DNA of 63,972 nucleotides, the filler included, from Octopus bimaculoides (lineage: Eukaryota), in assembly GCF_001194135.2 (NCBI RefSeq). It is 5 parts of 5 records of this genome, joined end to end, with 100 filler letters (N's around TTAATTAATTAA, not from the genome) between each part and the next. Parts side by side here need not be neighbours in the genome. Positions count along the whole stretch, not along the records: positions 31,651 to 47,684 come from NC_069000.1; positions 47,785 to 55,658 come from NC_069004.1; 3 more parts are not named here. One strand, 5' to 3'. Below, in pieces: positions 34,993 to 47,818 of the stretch; the stretch's first letter is position 1; every line of letters starts with the position of its first letter. Position numbers and translations under genes: made by a program. The notes below the pieces were generated by a model that was not told where the DNA came from, made no database searches, and was given only the letters and a program-made list of their open reading frames with translations.

Positions 34993-37900
34993 AATTATAT
35001 ATATATTACATGCATAATTATATACGTATAGCTGTGGGATAGATTTCGAAACGAAGACTTCTTTTTCTGAAATGCAAATATTTCCTCAATTTCCCGTTTC
35101 ATTTCGCTCATTTTCTAGTCAATTCCACTACAGTTTATCTGTTTGTAAGATTTTTATGCCTTTCAAACTGGCCAAGTAGAAGCATACTTTCATATTTACT
35201 TTTCTTGTTCCGATTTGATTCCCTTTCTAGAAGTGGTTGTTCACAATATTATCTTTAAAAAGGCTGCAATTTCTTTTTCAAACATGCAACAGAAATAGTT
35301 TCCTTTCCTCATTGCACAAATACCGATCAAATGATTTACATTCGGTTGGTAAATTCTTGGTTTCCATTCTCCGGTTTTGTGCGCTACTGCAGCACACATC
35401 GTGGTGCATATAATCGTTTCAAATTTATAATCGACTTCCTAATATTTCCATTTCGTTATAAGATAGCGTGGTGGCAGAATCGTTAGCGAACCGGAAACAA
35501 AATGAAAACTTATCAGTGTTACAGTACATCTTTACGTTCTGAGTTCAAATTCGCTCTGGGTAGACTTATCCTTTCGGGGTTGATAAAATACCAATCGAAT
35601 AATGTGACGATGTAATCGACACATCCCATCTCCCTAAATTACAGGAACTTGTGCCAAAGTTTCAAGGCAATATTCCTGTCAAGATCTTCATCTTCCATCT
35701 TTGTAATTTTAATGACGGCAGCACTGTAGCAGTATCACTGCAACGATTCATGTGTTGATTGTTGTAATTAAAATTCTGGAATGCAGATTGCGTTTGAACA
35801 GCATGTTTAGCTTTATACAATATGTGAACGTCACGCTTCTGTACATCACACAGTTTAGGATTCTATCTACTTCTAGTATATTTGGATATTTATAGCAGTT
35901 GACTTGAGGATCCAGGGTGTTTTCAACAGATAATAGATGAAACCCTATTATTACACCCTCTTAATCGTTTCTCAAACTATCTGTAGTGCATTTTGGGCTC
36001 CTAAATTCTATTCCAGTATTGTAACAAGAGAGTCGAAGTAGTCTTCGGACTTAGAATATAATCTAAAGTCATTCATAAATATAAAGGCGTTTAAATTTTG
36101 GAGTTGTTTTTTTCTTTTTTCAAATTATTATCGGATCCTTTTTTCACGTAATATCATTGCCAATGTTATCAAGGATAAGAGAAATGGAAAGACAAAATGC
36201 AATCTATTTAGAAACTGTTCCGTTAATTATAGATCGATCTCAGATGTATACTTCCGTTAGTACGCCTACCTCCTAATGTAACAACCTGAACGCAAGAAAG
36301 CTGACATTCTTGGTCATGCCAAATTTTGGCAAACACTTCAGAAGTACCATTTGTGCACTAAGACCAAGGCAATCGATTTCCTCCACTCCGAAAATTACTG
36401 GCTTCGTGCCAACTCTTCATATTAATGCAAGACTGTTTTTATTATGACTGCACATAAAATCAAACATGGCTACTAAATCGTCTTTCACTAGTTTATGTCA
36501 GTAGACTGCAGCCAGTAAATTATTTATTTTTTTTTAGCCTAGTATTTATTACAAGTGACATTCGACCCTTTTGCCGAACCAAGAAATTACGGGGACGTAA
36601 ATTCACTAGTTTCATTGGTCAATCAGTGATAGGAGACAAATACAGACAAATAACCCAAATACACACATACACAGACACGCACACACAAACACACTTATAG
36701 ATATATAAATATATGAGGCTACGGTAAAAGCCGAAACTGACCGATGAGTGAAGGGAATTCTCGAACGATGTTTTCGAGCGTTTACGGTCTCTGCCAGTAT
36801 AGATGTATAAAATATATGTTTTGTATACAGCATTGGAGCAGTTTAGCTCTTATTTCTAGCAATGTTCTAATACACTTAGTCATATCTAATAACAATTATA
36901 TTTTACCTTTTTGTTAAAACATTGCACATTGCTTTCTATATGAACTATTTGTATACACATTAGCCATTCGCTAAATCATTTATAGCAGAGACTCCATATA
37001 TGAATATCTGAAGAAGGAATTGTATTCCGAAATATCATTGAACTATAGATAAGTAAATTACAACAGGTATATAGTCCATTTTTTGTATTATAGTGCATTG
37101 TTGTACCATTCAAAATTTTATATTCTTTACAAACAATACACAATGCTTCAAGCGAACTACAATACTCTCCATTCATAGATATCTATGGCGAATACATATA
37201 TACTGACAAGTGAATTTCATTCGCAATCAGTCGAGTGGAACCATACCGTCAAGGGAGGCTACCGTAAAAGCTGAAACTGAGCGCTCAATATAAGGAACTC
37301 TCCGCCAGTACTTTCGGGCGATTACGGTTTCTGTCAGTATATGTGTATATGATTATATGCTTTGACTACAGCACTGGATCAGCTTAGCTCTTATTTCTAG
37401 CAATGGAGGTGTTTTAACGCACTTCGTCCTATTTAATGACAATTATAGTTTTCGTTTTTGGTAACATATTGCAAACCACTGTCTATATTTATTATTTATA
37501 GATATGTGTGTGTTTATTTGTTTGTTTGTTTGTGTGTGTGTGTCTCTGTGTGTGTGTGCGTGTGTGTGTGTGAGTGTGTGTGTGTGAGCGGGGNNNNNNN
37601 NNNCTATCGTTCGTGAAACATTATGTACAAACTGACATCTCATTTCCTAAAGTAAAACAATATTTAAAAATTTATAAGAAATAATTTCGAAAGGGATTTT
37701 CAAGTGAAAATTACTTTTGACATGTGTCTTTCTTTTTAATAGCAATCGGCTTATTTTACCCACAGTTATCTTCATATATTAAATATGTCACATCATGCTC
37801 TTGAGCGATAAAAGCAGAAGTCTAAAATAATAACGTTTAATATCTATTTTATATACATCTTGTCTATCTGCATTTTGATATACATGCATAGATACTTTTG

Positions 37901-38545
37901 CCGAACCGCTAAGGTACAGGGACGTGAGCACACCGACATCGGTTGTCAAGCAATGGTAGTGGTGGGGGACAAACACAGACACACAAACACACACACACAC
38001 ACAGACACACACACACATACGTCTACCAAATCCACTCACAAGGCTTTTGTCGACCCGAGGCTACAGTAGAAGACACTTGCCCAAGGTGCCACGCAGTGGG
38101 ACTGAACCGGAAACATGTGATTGATAAACAAGCTGCTTACCGCACAGCTACTCCTGCGCCTATATTTTTTTTTACGAGATCTCTTGTGATTTCTAGAAGA
38201 GAATTCAAACCACCACCTATATGTTGGTTTACTACTTTTCAACACCCATGCCTACTGGGCCACATTTTACGAATATCCTTTTATCTAACATTTCGGTTCC
38301 AACGTGTGTGTATATATTTACAGCCTATACTGTTTGTTATCAGTTGTCTGATAATTTTAGTTATTAATAATCCCATAACTTATTTACACTATATAGTGAT
38401 TGTTATCAGTTTGCTGATATTTTTAGTCAACTGTACTCTCATAAATTATTTACGGTATATAGTTTTTGTTAACCATTCACTGATACTCTTTCTTCTGCTA
38501 TGGAAAGAGAAACAGAGGAAAGGCGACTGTTAGCCAGAGAGCGTA

Positions 38546-38618
<73 letters not shown>

Positions 38619-38879
38619 CGAAGAACAACCAGTCTCACTCAAGAAGGACTGGAAGCAAGAAGATTAAAAAGTAGATTTAAAAAATCTATTATCAAATCAA
38701 TCACAATAAAGGAGACAAGATGATAGGCTCGAAGATGTCAAAGTGAAAAGGAGAACCTCATTGCACAAAGGAGAGATAATTTACATTACTTACATTGGAC
38801 CGATAGTTGTCCTCATCCTGTTTGTTGTTACCACAACGTTTCGGCTGATTTACTCTCCAGCTTTCATCAGGGCATACAT

Positions 38880-39520
38880 CAGAAACAGAGGGCAGATCAG
38901 AATCAGTATACGTCCATCAGAAATTACCAAGCAAGTATTCTTTAAGATGCAGCTGATCTCACCTGCCACTTTGTGGTGCAGCCAGGCAAACAATTGATGA
39001 CCTAATCTTTTGATAATCTATGCTAGCCTCAAATGAAGATATTAATCAACGTGATAGACATGACCAGAATTTACACTGGATCATATACTGTATGACTGGA
39101 CTCCGATACGAAGAGTATTGCTGAGTGCATAAGCTTGTCACAGTAGGGGGAAATGAAGATATCACGATTCTTTCGGCTTTAAGTATCCAAACGGAACGTG
39201 ATGTGCGAGTCAACAGACCAGATATTGTGGTAAGAAAGAAAGTTGACAAAGCATGTTTGTTCATAGTTATGTCAATACCAGAAGACAGCAACACTTCTGT
39301 GAGAACATTTGAAAATTAAATATAAGGAACTTGATATAGAGGTCGATAATATTGTGGAATCTAGGAAAACACTTGTAACTATGACCATCACAGCTTTGTG
39401 GACACACGAACTGATGCTCCAGAACACTATGGCCAAATTCCAGGAAACCGGAAATGTTTGAGAACAACAAATCATTGCTCTTATTGCTACTGACCACATC
39501 TTAAGAAAAAAACATTCTCA
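38880..39520 (+). mobile_element. Degenerate RLE-type non-LTR retrotransposon C-terminus (zinc knuckle plus restriction-like endonuclease; NeSL/R4-like)
   Basis: Frameshifted translations include LPLCGAARQTIDDL, RHDQNLHW and SIQTERDVRVNRPDIVVRKKVDKACLFIVMSIP (RPD...D motif). Confidence 0.75.
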
Positions 39521-39696
39521 TCTCGAAAATTCATGATTCTCATAAAACTTCTTTAAAATTGAAATATTACAAATTTAACAGAATCTTACTTTTTATTTAT
39601 ATTTTGCTTCCCAACCACATGGTAACGTATTCAGCTACACAGCCTGGCACCTTGGGCAAAAGTCCTCTACTATGGCCTCGGGCCGACTAAAGCTCG

Positions 39697-39729
<33 letters not shown>

Positions 39730-39733
<4 letters not shown>

Positions 39734-40850
39734 AGGGTTGGACAAAATAACGGACGACTTAGCGTCATAGCATCATAATTTTGAAATATCTGTAAAACCG
39801 TCAAAAACTTGTTTATTTTTATGTTTTTGATTTATTATCAGTGTTGCTTAATATGTTTTGCTAAAATGGCTGTTTCTTTTCAGATATCATCAGAGATAGG
39901 TAATTAAAATTCATTAAAATTACCGATTTATCGGACTTTCACAGATGTCAAGTTGTTGGTGCTCGTATAGCAGATGCTAGCGTAACGAAAACAGCTGAAA
40001 TCCTTGGTGTATCAAGAAGTACTGTCTCGAAAGTACTGACAACCTTTGAGAATGCGAGAAAAACCTCCGCGTCGAAACAAAACTCCGGGAGAAAAGCAAA
40101 ACTTTTGGATAGGGACCATCGGAATCTTACGCGAATTGTTAGAAAGGATCACAAAAGTACAGCTACCAAAATTACTGCAAAACTTAATGACCACTTCGAG
40201 AACCCACTTTCCACGAAAACTGTTCGCCGGGAGCTGCACAAAGCCGGATTTCAGGAGAGGGCTGCAATCAGAAAACCACTACTTTCAAAAACAAACGTTG
40301 GAAAGTATTTAGAGTGGAATAAAAACCTACAGAATTTTCCCTAGCGCAGTGGGAAAATGTTATTTTCTCGGGCGAGTCGTCTGTTACCTTATTTCCGACC
40401 ACTGGCCGAGTATACGTGTGGAGACATCCAACAGAAGCATTTGACCCAGACTGTCTTCTTCCAGCTGTTAAACATGGAGAAGGATCTGTGATGATCTTGC
40501 TATATCTTGGAAATCCGCTGGCCCAATGGTTTCCCTTCATGGCAGAATTTATAGTCAAGACTGTTGAAGCATTTTATCTGATAACATTCATCCTATGGTT
40601 GCGGAACTGTTTCTGGAGAGAAACGGAATCTTTCTGGATGATAATGCACCAATTAACACAGCTAAATATTCTAGTGAAGTTGAATATCTTATCTGGCCAC
40701 CACTGTCCTCAGATCTCAATATGATTGAGCATTTATGGTGCATTTTAGAAACACAAGTAAGGAATCGATATCCTCCACCATCATCACTACAAGAACTCGA
40801 GACTACAAAGAAATTCTACAATAATGTGAAACATCCATTACTCTCTTTTA
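39730..40850 (+). pseudogene. Tc1-like transposon with near-complete but disrupted transposase (about 39918-40805)
   Basis: Left TIR TA|CACAAGGGTTGGACAAAATAA. Translation shows the HTH region (GVSRSTVSKV, SGRKAKL, TVRRELHKAG), WENVIFSGES, KHGEGSVMI, FLDDNAP and WPPLSSDLNMIEHLW, with stops and frameshifts. Confidence 0.9.
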
Positions 40851-42639
40851 ATTGAAATAAATTTAAGTTTCTTTTTAATTGTTATGAAAGGGACACTAGA
40901 AGCACTTAAGAAGTCTATAAGTGAATATAATAAAACAATAATATAGCAAAACTCAACTTTTCATATTGGTAAATGTAATTCATTAATTCCCAGCAGAGCA
41001 TCTATTTTCAAATTCACTCAAGTGAAGATTCATGAACATGATTCCCTTGATAGTCTCAACACTTTTCCAATTTTCATTATCGTCTTTTTTTTAATGTATC
41101 ATTGATTATTTTACTGATTACAGAATAAACTATAATAGAGACTTTCTTCAATTCATAAGCATATTGACAATTTACTCGATAATGTATGTATAATATCTCT
41201 ATGTATCTATAATATCAGTATGCGCAATACATATTGTACCACTGGCATATTGTGAATCTACTTTATAATTTGTGTCATATCTATATGTATATATGTATAT
41301 ATAATATCAATATACTAGTGATAATAACGGTTTCAAGTTTTGGCACAAGGCTAGTAGGCTCGGGGGAGGGGGTAAGTCGATTACATAGATCGCAGTGTTT
41401 AACTGCTATTTATTTTATTGACCCCCTGGAAGGATGAAAGACAAAGTCGGCCTCATCGGAATTTGAACTCAGAATGTAAAGACGGACGAAATACCGCTAA
41501 AAATTCTGCCCGGCGTGCTAACGATTTTCCCAGCATCCCACCTTAGCCAATGATATGATAGTAATAATAATAGCAATGATTGTTTTGCAAGAAAAATAAT
41601 AAAGCTACGAACAGAAAAATACACGTTCTGCGCCGATAAGGATATTAATAAGAACGTCAATAACTACAAAACTGCTATGATTTTGGTATTGTTTCTGAGC
41701 ATGACAGTGAACCTCGTGCCAGCTCTGGTGATACTAGCGCCGCGAATAGCACGTGTGTCAGTTGAAGCACGGGTCACAAATACTGTAATCCCCAAGAACT
41801 GAAATTTAATTTTTAAAGTAGAGATAGTAATGAATTTTGTGCACGAATTTTCATCAGCTTAAATTTGGTGACAATACTTCTGATGTCGTTTATATTACTA
41901 TGTTCGCTGTTGTTGCCGATGATGATTATAGGACTATTAATAAAAAATTCTATCTAGCATAAGCACAAGACTTGAAACATTGGGAGGAGGTGGTTAGTCG
42001 ATTCTGTCCACCCCAGTACTGATCGGCTACTTAATTTATCAACCCTGACTAGATGGCAAAAGTGATCCCGGTGGAAGTTGAACACTACACGTAAAAACGG
42101 GAGAAATGTCGCCAATCATTTTACACGGCGCGCGAACGATTTTGCCCCTTTGCCGCAATAGTACTGCTATTAATAATCTCGACCATACCGATGGTGACAA
42201 TAATGCAGGTAGTGATAATAATATTAGATCTATTAATTACATTAATAAAAAAGATTGGTATTAATATGCCTATTCTTTAATGTAATGCTAGATATATTCT
42301 CGTTAACATGCTGAACGTTTTAGTAGCCATAACAGGAAAGTCGATAACTAATAATAGCTTGGACAATATAAATACTAATATAAACATCGATACGAATCAT
42401 AACAATAAAGTGACTAATGATAATTGAAATTTAATCCGGAAGAACATATCTGCAACTGTAGAATGCCTAATAATATCCTCTGAATGGTTACTGCTTGATG
42501 TATAATGACGTTTATAGATGCATCGTACGCAACTGTTTTAAATTTTAGCACAGGACCTGGAATTTTGGGAAAGGTGTAAAACGATTACAATGACACCGGG
42601 GCTCAAAAGATGAAAGCATGGTTGAGTTTAGTTTTCAAC

Positions 42640-43480
42640 GTCTCAGAGAGAGTCCAGGCTCATGGAAGAGTTAAGAAGAGTGAAGTTAGATCCAGTTCCA
42701 TCCTGGTAACCAACCATGTGCCAGAGATGGACATTAATCAATACTACCCTTGACTCTCCCTACATTCGAGACATTGTTTCATGTGACTTTTGATTGTTCT
42801 TCTATATGAAGGATAAGATGAAATGAATTGATTTCCGTTTGTTGGATTTTAACAATACACTCCTGACCTTCCGTAATTATTTTTAATATAATCAGTGTCT
42901 GACTTGTTCATGGATCCAGGGAGTATCCCGATCGTGTTTTTTAAGGATGCGATCAGAATCGATAACCAAAACGTCGGTACTTCCCCCCTCATAAGATGTG
43001 TTCTTAGTAGTTAGAGTAGATCTTGACATTTTTATACAAAAACCTTTCCAGATTATTAGGGGTATGAGGGCGGATTTTGAATCCTTGCTTCTGTTTCAAT
43101 CACCGATACAAAAATATATACTCTGAGGATTTTTCCAATACTAAACGGAGTTTTCCTGTGTTATAAATTCTCTTAACTGCAATTTTTAACAGCGTTCTTG
43201 GTTATGTTATAATATCGGCTGCTCTTTACAGCTTTCGCAGTTTCGTAGTTTGTAAATATTTCACCTTCTCGTCATTCAAATTTATTAGATTATCGGCTGT
43301 GATTTACAATTTTTGTAACCGTGTAGTTAGTAAACATGTCAAATGTTTATCTTTTGCATTTTCTATCAGTTCTGGAGAGCATCCGCATTTTGAGTTTTGG
43401 ATGGACTTCAAATGGTTTTTGATTATGAAAGAGAAATGTTTAAATGTTTGAATAACTTGGAGAAATGATATACTCACAAA
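42640..43480 (-). mobile_element. Possible highly decayed Penelope-like element 3' region (GIY-YIG side)
   Basis: Fragmentary translations (GKLRLVLEKS, SYEGGST...) loosely resemble PLE C-termini. There are many stops. Confidence 0.3.
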
Positions 43481-43799
43481 TAGTCGCAAATTTTGTATTT
43501 AATTACAACGATCGTAAAGCTAGATTGACAGATATCTTTATGAGTGTTTTGTCATAAAAGAATATAGATGTTGGCTTATTCGAACTATGACAAAACATGA
43601 CATGCTGACAAAAAAAAAAAAAACGCAGATTTTCAATCTTTTGAAACATTATGCTGAAAGAAGATTTCTGTTGGATAACTGAGTGGTAATTATATTTTTG
43701 TGTCTTCAGCTGCTGACTGCTTAGATTTGTGAAGAATAAGTCCAGCCGCTGTCAAGGTTACTGATAGAATTATTATTATTATTATTATTATTATCATTA

Positions 43800-43858
<59 letters not shown>

Positions 43859-43877
43859 GTTATTATTATTATTATCA

Positions 43878-44430
43878 TTGAGTGAGAGAACAGTGCATGC
43901 TATCAAAGTGACACTGGGGTAAAATATACGAAGCCCATTATACCCATCATGACTACCCGTCTGATAAGGGTACACCAGGTACATGCATCACAACCATATG
44001 TGCGCGACATGGTGATATTATATCAAGTTAAACAGCACATGACCTCGCTGGTGGGGCCAGTTAGAATTTTCTTCAGGTCGAGTAGCCCATTCCGCTCAAA
44101 AGGTCCCTGAAGAAGGTGTGTTTAAAGATGTTGAGCAAAACACCCATGTTTCCAAAGTTGAATTATTCAAACCCCAAAGAATTCATCTCAACACATGGCT
44201 ATGATGCTCCCCCACTACTTCTGCTCATGATCGAAGATGCACATATCGTCAGCCACCAAGGGACATGCTCAACTGGTTACGGTCAAACAACTGACAAGCA
44301 AATCTGTGGTATTTAGCAGAATATTTGCTGTAGACCATCTTTTATACCAAGACGAAACATTTACATGATAACACTTCCAACCAATTGAGATCAGAAGCCA
44401 TGAGAGCCACTGCCTGGTACTGCATCCGGG
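43878..44430. mobile_element. About 550-bp interspersed-repeat-like element bounded on both sides by long (ATT)n arrays
   Basis: Non-repetitive, moderately GC-richer core between (TTA)n at 43769-43877 and 44431-44500. Repeat status is inferred, since only one copy is in the window. Confidence 0.5.
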
Positions 44431-44497
<67 letters not shown>

Positions 44498-47074
44498 GTC
44501 ATCACTATTATCATTTTCATTAGCATCTTCTTTCAATTCTGCATCCATTTCTTCGAAATAAGCTTGAATAATAAAGCGCGATAGGTGAACCGCGATAGGT
44601 GAACCACGATATACCGAGGGATTAATGTATGTTTCCTATTTCATCGACCATGGAATGATGAAAGGCAAAGCTGAATTCAGCGGAATTCGAACTCAGAACA
44701 TAGAAACATGAAATACTGCTAACGATTCTCACACCTCATTGCTTTTTAACGTAACAAAATACTGCTAATAATTTAGTTCTGAACTTTCTGTTTTTTTGCC
44801 CTTCCTTTTCCTTATGCTAATGTATTAATTTCTAAATAGTTACATATAACCAAATAAAAATGGTGTGAAATTAATTTCATATTCTACTATCCAATTAAAT
44901 GTTTCAGAAACATCCATATTGTTAATAAATAAATATTTAAAATTTTCGACAGACTCAATAAACTTCTACCGACTGTTTGTGGTATTGAATTCAAAAGAAG
45001 CTGACTATCGAAAAACAAAAATATGAGATAAAATCAAAAATGCGTATCACATTGCTAATGCCAGGTCATGTGTCGGAAATATTTTCCATGTAATTTTATT
45101 TGCTCTGTGTTTGATCTCATATTTTCGGTTAGTGTTTTTAAAATATTTATTATGTGTTAATATATATGGTAAATTTTGAAATGTATTACATCCATTTATC
45201 CGTCCACTATCTCCTCCATCATTTCCAACCAATATTCTTGGGAGTATTGTGACAGTAGTGCCCTGTCGGAAGCAATTCTCTTAAAACTTTTCTGCTAGAT
45301 TCATAAGCGTGACCAACTTTGACTCTTAATTGTCTTCCGGCCTGATTCATTCCCCTCGCGTTTCTTCCCTCCGAGATTCTAATTACATGGCCATAGTACC
45401 AGTGATATAATTAATGAATTAAGTTGCACTGAAACGGTTATATTAATACATTTTCTTGTAAGCGTTGTAATTTATTTCCTTCTGGTTCAATTTCGATTTT
45501 ATGTTTTGTTGTTTAGTTCATTCCAGCAGTTTGTGATATTTTAATTGAGAAATTCGTAATTCCATCTTTACATATTTTATATTTTATTGTTACACTGCAG
45601 CCTTGCTGGTGCACCACCTGGAAGGGGTTTCTGTCGAACAAATCGAGTAATGTGTGCTTTTTCAAGACTGCTTCTTATTCTATCGCTTCCTTATTGTCGA
45701 ACCGCTATTTTATAGGGACGTATACATATATAATGCATTTGCACAACTGACTTTTTTCCGTTTTTTTCTTCAAAGAAATCCAATCCGAAGGATTAATCAG
45801 CCAGGGCCTATAATAGACGCTACTCGCCCAGGGTTGCCACACCAGAACCATGCACATGGGAAGCAAACCTATTTATCGATTCCATATCCCATAATTAAAC
45901 TAATGCCTAATTTCTAAAATGTAATAACATGTATTCGGATGATATTGATTTGTGTTCTAATAATCAGGTTGGTCTTTGAGTCACTTGGTTATAGTTTAAA
46001 CTAAAACTGAAGTTTAAATTTTCACTGCAATTCTATTGATTCGTAAGTAATTTGCAAGTCAAATTCACAATTTTTTGATTGTTCTTTAAATACATTTTGT
46101 ACGAATGTGTTTCATTATAATCTCCTGAAAATATTCCCTATTAACACCTGAATATTATTCATTTTTTTCAGACTATATTACATTTTAGTTTCAGCTTCTG
46201 AAGTTTGTGTGTCTGATCTTGCATAAACTATTGCTCGTGTAGTAGACATTTAATATGTTATTTTATGTATCTTTACGTTTTGTAATACTCACACTTCACT
46301 TTCAAAAGAAACATTTCTTTTTTCTTAATGTATTTCTTAATGTGTTTGGTTGAAAGATGGAGTGAAATGTTTTCTTTTAATATATTCTGTTCAGACGTTC
46401 CACAACATCTATAGCATTCGTGAATTTCCTAAACTTAGTAATCCTGATAGTATTAAAGCAAAAAAAAATATTGTATAAATTCCGCGGGTGATATTGTAAG
46501 AAGTTCTCTTGCATCAAATAGGTAGCCATATACTTTATCGAACAATTTATACATGAATTTATCTTCAATGTACCTTGCTTATATATTAAATATACAATAT
46601 TTCGAGGTAATAACTATGCAGCTTGAGAAGTTTGTGTATCATTCATTTGCGCGTATTCTCTCTCTTTCTCACTCTCATTCACTCACTCTTGTTAGTGAAG
46701 CTAATTCTTCGTTTTCTTTTGTTTTTTCAGGTGGAAAGATAAGCAATGATGAAATTTAAAACCACGATGAAAATATAACAAACTCTTTCCTGCTCTATGT
46801 ATATTTTCTGTTTGATTCGATTGGCTTCAGACATATTCGGGTATTGATATCTCGTCACCGGATTTTCGAGGGAAATTATACTTCATATTTTTCCTTTTAA
46901 ACTTATTATTTTATTAGCATATTTGTTGTTGCAACATAGTTAGATTCGGTAACGCCATGCAAACGAGGTAGGGTACTGTTAAACTTAAAGCTGTGTTACG
47001 TATTGCAGTTACGAAATCTAAGTCATACACCTTGTAAAATATGTAGATCACACTTCTGTGTCTNNNNNNNNNNC

Positions 47075-47400
47075 TCGTGAAATTAACGTACAAGTGGCTG
47101 AGCACTCCACAGACACGTGTACGTTTAACGTAGTTGTCGGAGAGATTCAGCGTGACACAGAGTGTGGCAGGGCTGCCCCTTTGAAATACAGGTACAACAG
47201 AAACAGGAAGAAAGAATGAGAGGACCCTGTGCGGGAAAGAATACAGCAGGGTTCGCCACCAAACCCTGCCGGAGCCTCGTGGTGCTTTGGGTGTTTTTAA
47301 TCAATAAATACTCACAAACGCCCGGTCTGGGAATCGAAACCGCGATCCTATGACCGCGAGACCACTGCTCTGGAGCATTGTGCCTCCATAGGTATACACA
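47075..47400 (-). mobile_element. tRNA-derived SINE family E (CpG intact)
   Basis: Reverse complement of the 56669 SINE, including the B-box ggtttcgattccc. Confidence 0.85.
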
Positions 47401-47633
47401 CATATATATATACATGCATACATAAACAAGTAAAGTTACCCCCACATGAAAGTGGTTGTTGCATGTTATTACTAGTTTATATTCAAGCAAATCTTCTGCC
47501 AGCTGGGTATCGCTGTGGCACTGCACTCTGTATATAGATGTATATTGCTAGGAGCGGCTGCGAACGCCTACCAAACAAACCGGGACCAATTGTGAAGTGG
47601 TGCTGGTGAGAAAGACAATGCATAAAACCCACG

Positions 47634-47684
<51 letters not shown>

Positions 47685-47784
47685 NNNNNNNNNNNNNNNN
47701 NNNNNNNNNNNNNNNNNNNNNNNNNNNNTTAATTAATTAANNNNNNNNNNNNNNNNNNNNNNNNNNNNNNNNNNNNNNNNNNNN

Positions 47785-47818
<34 letters not shown>

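Noticed and set aside
41677-41802. 41-aa hydrophobic small ORF (MILVLFLSMTVNLVPALVILAPR...) resembling a signal peptide
   Set aside because: There is no promoter, splice or homology support, and an ORF of this length is expected by chance.
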